Source: an uncultured Actinomycetes bacterium
GTDB lineage: Bacteria; Actinomycetota; UBA4738; HRBIN12
NCBI GenBank assembly: GCA_963821935.1
Contig: CAWGFM010000005.1
Coordinates: forward strand, 453,129 to 517,128
Reading direction: 5' to 3'
Length of the DNA stretch: 64,000 nt
The notes under the pieces were generated by a model. It had not been told where the DNA came from, searched no databases, and saw only the letters and a list, made by a program, of their open reading frames with translations. Below are positions 1 to 8,962 of this stretch, piece by piece; the stretch's first letter is position 1; each line of letters begins with the position of its first letter. The position numbers were made by a program, and so were the translations under genes.

Positions 1-379
1 CCTCCTGGTGGGCGCGCCTTGCGGCGTCCCTGCCCGGTGGCGGGCTCCCCGACCGGACTCGCCTTGCGGCGCTCCCGGCGGGGCGTCACCTCTGCCTTGC
101 GGCCTTCGGTGACTATCGGTGTCGGCTTCCGGTCTTGCGACCTTCCCCCGACCCCGGCACCTTCCTCGCCTCGCGGCGTCTCCGGCGCTTCATCCGGTCT
201 CCTCGCGTCGTTACTTCGACTGCTTGGAGCGAGGCGAACACTACGGGCGGAACGGCGATGGGGTCAACTTCGCGTTTCCGCAGGTCAGGACACATACGTG
301 CAGGTCAGAGGCTTGGAGGAAAAAGTGACAATTCTGAACGAGGCGTGACGAGAGTCACACCGCTACGTGAACGCGCAGG

Positions 380-1654
380 TCAGGAGCCATGACGGGCGGT
401 GTCCCCTCCGGCGTTGCCCGCGTCGAGGAGCTCGTCGTACACGGCATGGATGGCATCGGTGGTCGCGTCCCAGGTGAACCGGGGAGCGATCCGCGCGCCT
501 TCCGAGCCCATGCGGGACTGCAGATCCGGGTCGTTCAGCAGACGAAGCAGACGTTCAGCGTGGTCGCTCGGATCGTGCCCTTCCACCAAGAACCCCGTCC
601 GCCCGTCCAGCACGACGTAGCGGAGCCCACCGACCTCGGCGGCCACGACCGGCGTTCCGCACGCCTGAGCTTCCAGCGCGACCAGACCGAAGGATTCGCT
701 GCGAGACGGCACCAGCACCGCGTCCGCTGCCGTGTAGAAGTCCGCGAGGCTGGACTGGGGCATCGGCGGGAACATCATGACCCGTTCCGCCACTCCGAGG
801 GCCGTCGCCAGCTCCATGACGCGTGCCACCTCCGCGCCCTTCTCGGCACCGCTCGGTCCGCCGACGATCGCGAGCACCAGGTCGCGGGCCGCGTCGGGAT
901 CGCGGGCGATCGTCTCAGCCACCGTCCTGACCGCCACGTCCGGTCCCTTGTGCGGCTGCAATCTGCCAACGTAGACCGCCAGCCGCAAGCCCGACAGGTG
1001 CAACCGCTCCCTCGCTCGTCGCCGGTCTCCCGGCATGAAGAGGGTGTGGTCGACCCCGGGAGGCACGATCCGCAGGTGCTGCGGGTCGGCTCGGTAGAGC
1101 CCCACCAGTTGGGACGCCTCCGAGGGAGTGGGCGCCAGGATGCGATCGGCTTGGGCGATCACCGCCTGCTCACCCGCCAACCGCACGGGGGGCTCGGGCT
1201 CCTCGCCTCGCGCGAGCGAGTAGTTCTTCACCTTGCCCAGCGTGTGGAACGAAGCCACCAGCGGTGCCCGCCACGACTCGCTCACCGCTCGGCCCACCCA
1301 CCCCGACAACCAGTAGTGACTGTGCACGATGTCGAACCCGCGTCCGTCCTCGTGGGCGATGCGAAGGACGCCACCCAGGAACTCGGGCAAGAACCGGGGT
1401 AGGTCCGCCTTGGGAACCGGGATGCAGGGACCGGCCTTGACCGAAACGACGCGGATCCCCGGGCCCAACTCCTTGACCTCGTGATCCCGGCCGCCACGGC
1501 ACCGCGTGAACAGATCGACTTCGAGGCCCCGGCCTGCCAGACGCTCGGCGACCGCCCGGATGTAGACGTTCATGCCACCGGAGTCGCCGGTCCCGGGCTG
1601 ATCGAGAGGAGACGTGTGCACGGACAACACGGCAACGCGCGGCTTCGGGCTCAT
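380..1654 (-). CDS. mshA: D-inositol-3-phosphate glycosyltransferase MshA (mycothiol biosynthesis); start trimmed to internal Met (MSPKPRVAVLSVHTSP...)
   Basis: GT4 glycosyltransferase with a mycothiol-type N-terminus (VLSVHTSPLDQPGTGDSGGMNVY). The six-frame ORF extends 77 aa upstream without support, so the start was set at ATG 1654. Confidence 0.85.
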   Translation of the reverse strand: MSPKPRVAVLSVHTSPLDQPGTGDSGGMNVYIRAVAERLAGRGLEVDLFTRCRGGRDHEVKELGPGIRVVSVKAGPCIPVPKADLPRFLPEFLGGVLRIAHEDGRGFDIVHSHYWLSGWVGRAVSESWRAPLVASFHTLGKVKNYSLARGEEPEPPVRLAGEQAVIAQADRILAPTPSEASQLVGLYRADPQHLRIVPPGVDHTLFMPGDRRRARERLHLSGLRLAVYVGRLQPHKGPDVAVRTVAETIARDPDAARDLVLAIVGGPSGAEKGAEVARVMELATALGVAERVMMFPPMPQSSLADFYTAADAVLVPSRSESFGLVALEAQACGTPVVAAEVGGLRYVVLDGRTGFLVEGHDPSDHAERLLRLLNDPDLQSRMGSEGARIAPRFTWDATTDAIHAVYDELLDAGNAGGDTARHGS

Positions 1655-1665
1655 CACCCGAAAGG

Positions 1666-2658
1666 CTACCGTCGCCGCAAGCGAACGAGCGCTTCGAGGG
1701 AACCCACCGTGCGTCCACCACCCAGGACCCTCGGCCGTTCGAACGGGGACAGCTCTCGCGTCTGCGAGGCGCCGAGTGCGTCCAGCTGCTGCAGCACCGA
1801 GACCAGCGCCGGCGCATAGGCCCTGGAACCGCCGTCGGCCACCTTGATCGCGACGCCCAACCCCGAGGAGACGAGGGCCGCGCATACCAGCGCCTCGGCA
1901 CCCTCCTTCACCATGATCTGGCCGCTCGACGAGCGCATGACGGCCGTGTCGAGCCGGTCACGGCCGCCGACCAGGTAGGGCTCGGCCAGCATGGCGGCCG
2001 TCGCCCGCGAGGCGTCCTGTGCCAGCGCGCCCAGACGGCCGGGCCTGGCCAGCCGCGCGAACAGGGTGGCCATGGAGCGAAGCGGCACGCCGAACACCGG
2101 CGTTCCGCATCCGTCGACGCCCGTGGCCGGCCGATCGATGCTGGTGCTGGCCTGGACGGCCCGTTCGACGCGACGCTGCAACGGATGGGAACGGCGCCGG
2201 TAAGCGGCCGGATCCCACCCCGACCGGACGCAGGCCAGCAGCATGCCGGCGTGCTTGCCGGAACAGTTGTGGAACAGCGGTCGCGGCTGCTGGGCGCGTG
2301 CCATGGAGCCCGGATCGAGCGGATAGCCCGGCGGCGTCTGGAGGGCGTCGGAGCTCAATCCCGCACGGTGCAGCAGTGCGCGGACCGCCGCCAGGTGCAT
2401 GGGCTCACCATTGTGCGAGGCGCACATGACCGCGACCTCGCGATCGGGTTGCTCGGGGTGATCGAGATCGGGGCCGATCGCGTGCAGGGACACGGCGCCC
2501 TGGAGCGGCTTCAAGCACGAACGGGCGAACACGGTATGGGAGGCATCGCCCGCCCGAGCCACCACCGTGCCCTCCGCGTCGCAGACGGCAACGTGCCCCA
2601 CATGCACGGATTCTTCGAGGCCGGAACGAACCACGCGCGCCAACGGGACTGCTCTCAC
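1666..2658 (-). CDS. L-asparaginase II family protein
   Basis: Asparaginase_II-type sequence (HNCSGKHAGML). Same strand as mshA, 11 bp upstream of it, so probably co-transcribed. Confidence 0.7.
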   Translation of the reverse strand: MRAVPLARVVRSGLEESVHVGHVAVCDAEGTVVARAGDASHTVFARSCLKPLQGAVSLHAIGPDLDHPEQPDREVAVMCASHNGEPMHLAAVRALLHRAGLSSDALQTPPGYPLDPGSMARAQQPRPLFHNCSGKHAGMLLACVRSGWDPAAYRRRSHPLQRRVERAVQASTSIDRPATGVDGCGTPVFGVPLRSMATLFARLARPGRLGALAQDASRATAAMLAEPYLVGGRDRLDTAVMRSSSGQIMVKEGAEALVCAALVSSGLGVAIKVADGGSRAYAPALVSVLQQLDALGASQTRELSPFERPRVLGGGRTVGSLEALVRLRRR

Positions 2659-2721
2659 GGGCGCGACGATAGCGAGAACCGTGGACAGTGCGAAGAGCGA
2701 GGGCGACCGCTGATCCGGCGC

Positions 2722-3660
2722 TTAGACGGCCTCGGCGATCTGAGGTTCGGGGCTTCCGTGCAGGAGGTCGTGCTCCATCTCCAGCTCGCCGTCCTCGACC
2801 ATGTCGAAGAACGCGCCCACCACCGTGGGATCGAACTGCGACCCCGCCCCGGCCCGGACCTCCTCGAGCGCTTCTTCGAACGAGAGGGCCGCTCGATAGG
2901 GCCGGTCGCTGGTCATGGCGTCGAACGAATCGGCGATCGCGAACACCCTCGCCGCCAGCGGGATCTGCTCCCCCGCCAACCCGGCGGGGTACCCGGCGCC
3001 GTCCCACCGTTCGTGGTGGGTGCGCACGATCTCGACGGCGCCCTGCAGGAACCGGATGGGCTCCACGATCGCTGCCCCGATCGCGGGGTGGCCCCGCATG
3101 ACGTTCCATTCGTCGTCGGTGAGGGGGCCGGGCTTGCACAGTACCGATTCGGGGATGCCGACCTTGCCGATGTCGTGCAGGAAGAACCCGTAGGCAACCT
3201 CGGGTTGCGACGCCAACTGCGGATCGACCCGAGTGGCAAGGGCCAATCCGTAGCGCTGGGTGCGATCCAGGTGTCCGCGCGTGCCGCTGTCCTTCGCCTC
3301 GACGATCTGGGCGAGCGAGGTCATGGTCGAGACGTACATCTCGCGCACGTCCTCCAGGGCTGCTTCGAGCTCGCGGGTGCGGAGGCGTTCGGCTTTGTAC
3401 AGCCCGCTCAGCTCACGGGCGAACACGGTGAGCTGGGCGTGGATGGTGGGAAGTTCGGCGTCTCCGTGCGACCCCTCCCTGCCCGCCGGATGGGGAATGC
3501 CAGTGATGGTCACGTTCACCTCGGTCGGGAAAGTCCGCGTCACTTTGGCCTGTCGCGCCTCTGTGCACCATCGCCCGGGCGAGCGATTCCCGGCGGGTCG
3601 CGCGGCCCAGATGCGCATAGTCCGACCGGCCTCGGACAGCCCCATCATGGATGCCCCCAT
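2722..3660 (-). CDS. HD-GYP domain c-di-GMP phosphodiesterase
   Basis: HD motif (FLHDIGK) and canonical HHERWDGAGYP (HD-GYP signature). Exact start uncertain. Confidence 0.8.
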   Translation of the reverse strand: MGASMMGLSEAGRTMRIWAARPAGNRSPGRWCTEARQAKVTRTFPTEVNVTITGIPHPAGREGSHGDAELPTIHAQLTVFARELSGLYKAERLRTRELEAALEDVREMYVSTMTSLAQIVEAKDSGTRGHLDRTQRYGLALATRVDPQLASQPEVAYGFFLHDIGKVGIPESVLCKPGPLTDDEWNVMRGHPAIGAAIVEPIRFLQGAVEIVRTHHERWDGAGYPAGLAGEQIPLAARVFAIADSFDAMTSDRPYRAALSFEEALEEVRAGAGSQFDPTVVGAFFDMVEDGELEMEHDLLHGSPEPQIAEAV

Positions 3661-3711
3661 CCGGGGGACACGAACGCAACCCCTGCGGGCTGGGACGTGC
3701 CCCGGCCGCTG

Positions 3712-4254
3712 CTACCGCAACGCCAGCGAGGGGTCGTCCTTGTAGCGTCGCATCAGCTCGGCCTGCACGGTGTCGAGCGCATCGATCACCGCGCCACGTG
3801 CTTCGGAGACCGTGAGCTCTTCAGCGGTGAGCAGTTCCACGGCCGTTGCGAGCTGCTGGTCGTCGAGCGAACCGGGGTCGGAGATGCCGGCGTCGGCCAC
3901 GAGCCGCTCGACGCGCCGCCGCGCCAACAGGAGCTCGTCCTCGGGAACCCCCACACGGACCGCTTCGCCGCGGCTCGGCCCTTGTCGTTCTTCCGATCCG
4001 AGGATCTGGGTCAGCCGCTCCACCAATGGTCCGCGATCGATGTCGTCACCCCGAGACGTCAGCTCTGCTTGCAGGATCTCGGCTCGCCCTTGCACCAATC
4101 GCCGCAGCAGCGACAGGTACTCGCGCTCGGCGAGGCATTCGTCGCGACGCTCGCGGAGCTCGTCGAGGGGCAGGTCGGTCAGCCCCTCGATGAACGCGGA
4201 GTCGCGGACCCGGTCGATCCTGCGGTTGGCGGGGTGATTCAGCTCGTCGCTCAT
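3712..4254 (-). CDS. Coiled-coil protein, candidate RsiG-like c-di-GMP-binding anti-sigma factor (single-motif type)
   Basis: 180 aa, Glu/Arg-rich helical. Segment EREYLSLLRRLVQGRAE approximates the RsiG E-x3-S-x2-R-x3-Q-x3-D c-di-GMP motif (S-x2-R-x3-Q-x3-E present). Lies 51 bp upstream of the HD-GYP gene on the same strand. Confidence 0.35.
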   Translation of the reverse strand: MSDELNHPANRRIDRVRDSAFIEGLTDLPLDELRERRDECLAEREYLSLLRRLVQGRAEILQAELTSRGDDIDRGPLVERLTQILGSEERQGPSRGEAVRVGVPEDELLLARRRVERLVADAGISDPGSLDDQQLATAVELLTAEELTVSEARGAVIDALDTVQAELMRRYKDDPSLALR

Positions 4255-4314
4255 CGGGCGCCATCCTAGACGGTTGTTCGAAGTGATCTGAGGTGCCCGA
4301 CCAGATCGAGCGAG

Positions 4315-4743
4315 CTACCCGCGTTCGACGACCTCTTTGAGCCCGGTCAGCATCTTCTGCCAGTTGTCCCTCGAATGCTGGGCCTCTTCCTCGCTCGCGT
4401 TGTTGTCCTGGCTCAGCGAGACGCGAGTCTTCCCATCCTGCTGTTCGAGCTGATAGTCGAGCGTGTGGTAGTTGGCAGGGACGTCCTCTTGGCCGCTCAG
4501 TGGGCTGAAATGCGTCATCTTCAGGCGGCGCCCAGGCTCGATCTCGACGATCTCACCCTTGTCTTCGTAGCTCGTGCCCTCGTACTCGCCCTTCCACACG
4601 ATCGCGCTCCCTGGTTCCCAGTCGGTCACCACGTGGGAGCCGAACATGTACTTCTCGATCTGGTCCGGATCGGTCAACGCGGCCCAGACCTGTTCGGCTG
4701 AGGCACTGATCTCGGTTTCTGCGGTGGCGACGTGATCCGTCAT
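4315..4743 (-). CDS. SRPBCC/AHSA1 (activator of Hsp90 ATPase homolog)-like domain protein
   Basis: 142-aa ORF with the typical SRPBCC N-terminus (EISASAEQVWAALTDPDQIEKYMFGS). Confidence 0.6.
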   Translation of the reverse strand: MTDHVATAETEISASAEQVWAALTDPDQIEKYMFGSHVVTDWEPGSAIVWKGEYEGTSYEDKGEIVEIEPGRRLKMTHFSPLSGQEDVPANYHTLDYQLEQQDGKTRVSLSQDNNASEEEAQHSRDNWQKMLTGLKEVVERG

Positions 4744-4824
4744 GAGATCCTCGCTTTCCGTGCGACGTTGATCGACGTATACCCGGCCGTTATCAGCGCA
4801 ACACGTGTCGTGAGCCGCTGGCGG

Positions 4825-5913
4825 CTAGCACACGCCCAGGAGGCTGGAGTACGGGTTGATGGCGGCGCCGCCCCCCGGGTGGTACTCGAAATGCAGGTGG
4901 TAGACGGTGGTGCCCGTGTTGCCCACGTAGCCGATGACCTGGCCAGCGCCCACGTGCGCGCCCTCGCCGTAGGAACCGTAGCTGCTGAAGTGCGTGTAGA
5001 AGGTCCAGTCGGAGCTGCTGTCGTGGAACACGACGACACCCAGCCCGCCGATCGAGCTGCCCGTGTGATGCACCGTGCCACCGTGGACGGCTACGACCGG
5101 AGTACCTTGCGCCGCGATCATGTCGATACCCTGGTGCGAGCGCCCGCCCGACCGCGGGTCGCCGAACGAGTCCACGAACGAGTTGGCTCCGGCCACCGGG
5201 CAGGTCATGAGCCAGCCCGATCCGGTGATCGGTCCGCCGCCGCCCCCGCCCCCCGTATCGACGCCACCGCCGCTGGTCGACCCGCCGCCGGCATCATCGG
5301 TCGCGGCGCGGGCTGCTGCCGCCTGCTCGGCGGCGAGCTGGTCTTCGAGCTCTGCGACGCGGGCTTCGTACTCAGCGAGCTGGGCGTCGATCGCGTCCTG
5401 CTGGTTGCCCAGCTCGGTGAGCGCCTGTTGCTGTTCCTCGGCCGCTTCGGCCAGCTGTTCGCGTTGCCACGCCAGCTCCTGGGTCTGCGAATCGACCCGA
5501 GTGGCCAGGTCGGTGTCGCCCTGCGCCAAGGCCGAGGCGAACTCCAGCTGATCTGCCGCGTCCGTCAACGAGTCGGACGTCAGGATCGCCATCACCTGCG
5601 GGCTTCCTCCCGCGACATACAGCGACGCCGCACGCTCGTTGAGGCGAACCTGGATCGTGGCGAGCTCTGCCTCCAGTGCGTCGATGCGTTCGCGAGCCTG
5701 GGCCGCCTTGTCCTGCGACTGCGCCAGGGCCGCCTCGGCATCGAGCCACAACCGGTTCACCCGGTCGAGCTCCGCCCGGACGCTCGACAGCTCGCTCTCT
5801 GCACTGCTGAGATCGGATTCAGTGTCGGCGTAAGCGGGCACAGCGACAATGGCACCGGCAAGCAACGCCGAAGCCACGAGCACGCTGAGGAATGGTCGAG
5901 AGTGGATCGTCAC
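4825..5913 (-). CDS. Secreted M23 family metallopeptidase with N-terminal coiled-coil (EnvC/peptidoglycan DD-endopeptidase-like)
   Basis: Signal peptide, long coiled-coil, Gly-rich linker, and a C-terminal M23 core (HQGIDM...HLHFEYHPGGG). Confidence 0.8.
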   Translation of the reverse strand: MTIHSRPFLSVLVASALLAGAIVAVPAYADTESDLSSAESELSSVRAELDRVNRLWLDAEAALAQSQDKAAQARERIDALEAELATIQVRLNERAASLYVAGGSPQVMAILTSDSLTDAADQLEFASALAQGDTDLATRVDSQTQELAWQREQLAEAAEEQQQALTELGNQQDAIDAQLAEYEARVAELEDQLAAEQAAAARAATDDAGGGSTSGGGVDTGGGGGGGPITGSGWLMTCPVAGANSFVDSFGDPRSGGRSHQGIDMIAAQGTPVVAVHGGTVHHTGSSIGGLGVVVFHDSSSDWTFYTHFSSYGSYGEGAHVGAGQVIGYVGNTGTTVYHLHFEYHPGGGAAINPYSSLLGVC

Positions 5914-6003
5914 CTCCAGTGACGGCGGGACGTTCGCACGAGGCTACCAGCGAGAACGCACATGGTCGACCTGCAGGGCCGCGCTCACTCGCCGTGCTGG
6001 GCT

Positions 6004-6519
6004 TCACCCTTCGTCGTGGTTCCGGCCGATCTCCTCCTCGAGCGCTTCCAGATGCGCCAGCTGAGCGATGTCCTTGGTTCGTGCGCTTGCCCGCTTCATG
6101 CGCATCAGGTCGGACACCGACGCGACCATGATGACGATCCCGTCGGCGATCTCGAACCGCGTCGCGTCTGCCGCGAGGTCGTCGTAGCCGCGAGTACCGG
6201 TCGGCGTGCCGAGGATGTCGAACGGGCCGTGATCGGTCCGAAGGGTGAACCTGTCGCCGAGGGCGAGCGCCTGCGCGTCCAGCGGGAACGGGAACTCGCC
6301 TTCCTCTCGGGCTCCTCGAAGGGAGGCATGGATCGCACCCAAGACGGAAGCCATCCGCTCGAGGTTGGCTCGATCTCGGGAGTAGCACACGTCGAGATCA
6401 TGCGTGACGACGGGGGTGCCATGGATGTTGCCGGCAAGACCGCCGATCACGACGAACAGCACGTCGTGTTCGACCAGCGTGACCAGGAGCCGTTCGGGAT
6501 CGAAATCATCGGAGGTCAT
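6004..6519 (-). CDS. Minimal nucleotidyltransferase-fold protein (putative toxin/effector partner of the XRE regulator)
   Basis: G[ST]x(5-9)DxD-like motif (HGTPVVTHDLDV) within IGGLAGNIHG. Overlaps the upstream XRE gene by 4 bp. Confidence 0.45.
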   Translation of the reverse strand: MTSDDFDPERLLVTLVEHDVLFVVIGGLAGNIHGTPVVTHDLDVCYSRDRANLERMASVLGAIHASLRGAREEGEFPFPLDAQALALGDRFTLRTDHGPFDILGTPTGTRGYDDLAADATRFEIADGIVIMVASVSDLMRMKRASARTKDIAQLAHLEALEEEIGRNHDEG

Positions 6520-6842
6520 GCCACCACCTCGCGAGCGCGGAGCCTCATGGCTTCCAGCCGGCGCGCCGCAGCGACCGAGTAGCGAAGTCGCTCCGCCGGC
6601 GTTCGCCGGAGGGCTTCATGGATCAGCGTGCGGTCCACTCCTTCAGAGGTCTTCTCACTCACGATCAGGGACAAGCCGCAGGCGCTGATCAGCGGCTGGA
6701 GCGTGTCGAACGTGGGTGAAACGACGCGGTTCTCGATCCGCGAGATCGTGGCCTGTGGGATACCGGTGCGTCGGCTCAGCTCACGCTGGGACAGTCCCGC
6801 GCGCCGTCGCGCCATGCTGAGCATCTCGGCGGCATCCATCAT
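6516..6842 (-). CDS. XRE-family helix-turn-helix transcriptional regulator
   Basis: HTH_XRE signature (GLSQRELSRRTGIPQATISRIENRVVSP), 108 aa. Confidence 0.8.
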   Translation of the reverse strand: MMDAAEMLSMARRRAGLSQRELSRRTGIPQATISRIENRVVSPTFDTLQPLISACGLSLIVSEKTSEGVDRTLIHEALRRTPAERLRYSVAAARRLEAMRLRAREVVA

Positions 6843-6847
6843 CCCGA

Positions 6848-6874
6848 CTGATGATAGCGGATACGTATCATCAG
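6848..6874. promoter_or_regulatory. Perfect 9-bp inverted repeat CTGATGATA-N9-TATCATCAG with embedded GATACGTATC palindrome, immediately upstream of the XRE gene start
   Basis: Read directly from the sequence. A second ACGTATC half-site lies at 6885-6891. Likely autoregulatory operator. Confidence 0.5.
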
Positions 6875-6911
6875 TGATGCACTGACGTATCGCCCTTGGA
6901 GGGACGAGGTG

Positions 6912-8081
6912 TCAGCTTGCCGACATCGCAGCGATCAGGATGTCGGCGACCTCGGGCCTGGAGAACTCCTGGGGCGGACGCTCGCCGTTGCGGAGCATCT
7001 CGCGCACCTTGGTGCCGCTGAGCGAGACGCGGGTCTCCTCGCCGTGGGGACAGGTCTTCGGGGACGCCATCCCCTCGCACGCCTGGCACCAGAACGAGTG
7101 CTCGAAGTTGAGCGTCGTGATACCGAGCTCGCCCGGCTCGAACTCGGTGAAGATGGCCTGCGCGTCGTAGGTGCCGTAGTAGGTGCCGACGCCGGCGTGG
7201 TCGCGGCCCACGATGAAGTGGGTGCAGCCGTAGTTCTTGCGGCAGATCGCGTGCCAGATGGCCTCGCGAGGTCCCGCGTACCGCATGGCGGCCGGGAACA
7301 CGCTGACCATGGCGCGATCCTTGGGGTAGTAGCCCTCGAACAAGGCTTCGTAGCACCGCATGCGCACGTCCGGCGGCACATCGTCGGCCTTCGTGGCCCC
7401 CACCAGCGGGTGCACGAGCAGCCCGTCGACGATCTCCAGGGCGCACTTCTGGATGTACTCGTGGGCGCGATGGATCGGGTTCCGGGTCTGGAAGCCGACG
7501 ACGGTGTTCCATCCACGTTCGGCGAAGGCCGCGCGCGTCTGGGCCGGGGTCAGCCGGTACTGGGCGAAATCGTCGTGCACGGGCAGCGAGATGACCTCGA
7601 GGGTGCCCGCGATGCAGGTGTCACCCGCGTCGTAGACCGCCTTCACGCCGGGATGCTCGGCGTCGTCGGTGCGATAGACGCTGAGGGCCTCCTTCGCCTT
7701 ATCGCGCTTGAACGTGCCTTCGACCCGCAGGACTGCGAGCGGGTCGGCGCCGTCGGCCGGCAGCAGCGCCACGCTGCCCGCGCCGCCGATCTGATGCGCC
7801 TGATCGTCGGTCACGCTGAGCACGACGGGGATGGCCCACGGCAGGCCGTCGGCCAGGTGCATCGAGTCGAGTACCGAGTGGTAGTCGGCCTCCCCCTGGA
7901 AGCCGGTCAAGGGGCTGAGCGCCCCGACGGCGAGCATCTCCAGGTCGGACAGCTCGCGCTCACCGACGACGATCTTGGGCAGGTTCGCCGCCTCGGCGGT
8001 CAGGGCCGCGGCGGCGTCGGGTTCGGCGAGTAGGTTCACCAGGGTGCCGCCGTGCGGTGCGATCTGGTCGTGCTCGGACAT
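6912..8081 (-). CDS. sat: Sulfate adenylyltransferase (ATP sulfurylase, single-polypeptide Sat type)
   Basis: ATP-sulfurylase sequence ([11 protein letters not shown]..., GRDHAGVG). Start set at [12 protein letters not shown] (ATG 8081); the 656-aa ORF extension is unsupported. Confidence 0.85.
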   Translation of the reverse strand: MSEHDQIAPHGGTLVNLLAEPDAAAALTAEAANLPKIVVGERELSDLEMLAVGALSPLTGFQGEADYHSVLDSMHLADGLPWAIPVVLSVTDDQAHQIGGAGSVALLPADGADPLAVLRVEGTFKRDKAKEALSVYRTDDAEHPGVKAVYDAGDTCIAGTLEVISLPVHDDFAQYRLTPAQTRAAFAERGWNTVVGFQTRNPIHRAHEYIQKCALEIVDGLLVHPLVGATKADDVPPDVRMRCYEALFEGYYPKDRAMVSVFPAAMRYAGPREAIWHAICRKNYGCTHFIVGRDHAGVGTYYGTYDAQAIFTEFEPGELGITTLNFEHSFWCQACEGMASPKTCPHGEETRVSLSGTKVREMLRNGERPPQEFSRPEVADILIAAMSAS

Positions 8082-8180
8082 GGGCGCTCTCTCCATTTCG
8101 GTTCCGGGGGTGGTTCGGGGCCTCGCGCAGCGGAGTGTACGCAAACGCGAGGGCCTGAGCCGCGGTATGCTCGCCCGCTC

Positions 8181-8930
8181 ATGCAGACGCTGCTCGCCGA
8201 CGAGGAACTCGTCGCACGCAATCAGGCGTTCGAGACGGCGCACCCACGCGAGATCCTGCAGTGGGCCCTGGACGCCGCACGGTTCCCCCGGGTGGCGCTG
8301 GCGTCGGCGTTCCAGGCGGAGGGAACGGCGACCATGCACATGGCCACCCAGATCCGGCCGGATGTGCCGATCCTGTTCCTGGAGACGGGCTACCAATTCG
8401 CCGAGACGCTGGCGTTCAAGGAGCAGATGACGGAGCGGCTGGGCCTGAACGTCGTCGATCTGTACGGGGAGTACACGGTCGAACGCCAGACGGCGGAGTT
8501 CGGGGCTCGGTTGTACGAACGCGACCCCGAGACGTGCTGTGACCTCAACAAGGTGCAGCCGATGTTCGAGGCGTTGCGCGGACTGGACGCGTGGATCACC
8601 GCGTTCCGCCGCGACTCGTCGCCGACCCGGGCCAACGCGCCGTTCGTGCAGCAGTACGAATTGGAGCCTGGGCGCTGGATCGTGAAGGTGAACCCCATGG
8701 CTGCCTGGACCCGCCAGCAGACCCGGGACTATCTGGCCGAGCACGACCTTCCGCACAACCCGCTGTACGACCTGGGCTACACCTCGATCGGTTGCGCTCC
8801 GTGCACCCGCATGCACCTGGAAGGCGAACCCGAGCGCGCTGGCCGCTGGGCGGGCCGCGCCAAGTGGGAGTGCGGCATCCACGAACGCGAAGCCGCCAAC
8901 CAGCCCACGATCACCGACCTCACCACGTAG
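8181..8930 (+). CDS. cysH: Phosphoadenosine phosphosulfate / adenylyl-sulfate reductase
   Basis: PAPS reductase family with C-terminal ...CGIH. Start [15 protein letters not shown] at ATG 8181. Divergent from sat. Confidence 0.8.
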   Translation: MQTLLADEELVARNQAFETAHPREILQWALDAARFPRVALASAFQAEGTATMHMATQIRPDVPILFLETGYQFAETLAFKEQMTERLGLNVVDLYGEYTVERQTAEFGARLYERDPETCCDLNKVQPMFEALRGLDAWITAFRRDSSPTRANAPFVQQYELEPGRWIVKVNPMAAWTRQQTRDYLAEHDLPHNPLYDLGYTSIGCAPCTRMHLEGEPERAGRWAGRAKWECGIHEREAANQPTITDLTT

Positions 8931-8932
8931 GG

Positions 8933-8947
8933 CGGGGGCAAGCCCCG
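8933..8947. terminator. GC hairpin CGGGG-GCAAG-CCCCG (CUUG tetraloop on the opposite strand) between convergent cysH and the lipid kinase gene
   Basis: One member of the recurring hairpin family. Confidence 0.4.
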
Positions 8948-8962
8948 GCCCACGGTGGGGTC

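Noticed and set aside
19-348. 109-aa ORF at the window start
   Set aside because: Low-complexity RS/PG-rich translation with no RBS and no homology. The region is better explained as a non-coding 3' flank of mshA with repeats.
389-1402. 337-aa plus-strand ORF antisense to mshA
   Set aside because: Arg/Gly/Pro-rich shadow ORF typical of high-GC DNA. The opposite strand encodes a well-supported MshA.
2185-4269. 694-aa plus-strand ORF spanning the asparaginase, HD-GYP and RsiG-like genes
   Set aside because: Low-complexity shadow frame opposite three coherent minus-strand genes with recognisable motifs.
6912-8882. 656-aa version of the sat ORF
   Set aside because: The ATP-sulfurylase homology begins at [12 protein letters not shown] (ATG 8081). 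The upstream 266 aa are an unsupported extension that would also overrun the divergent cysH gene.
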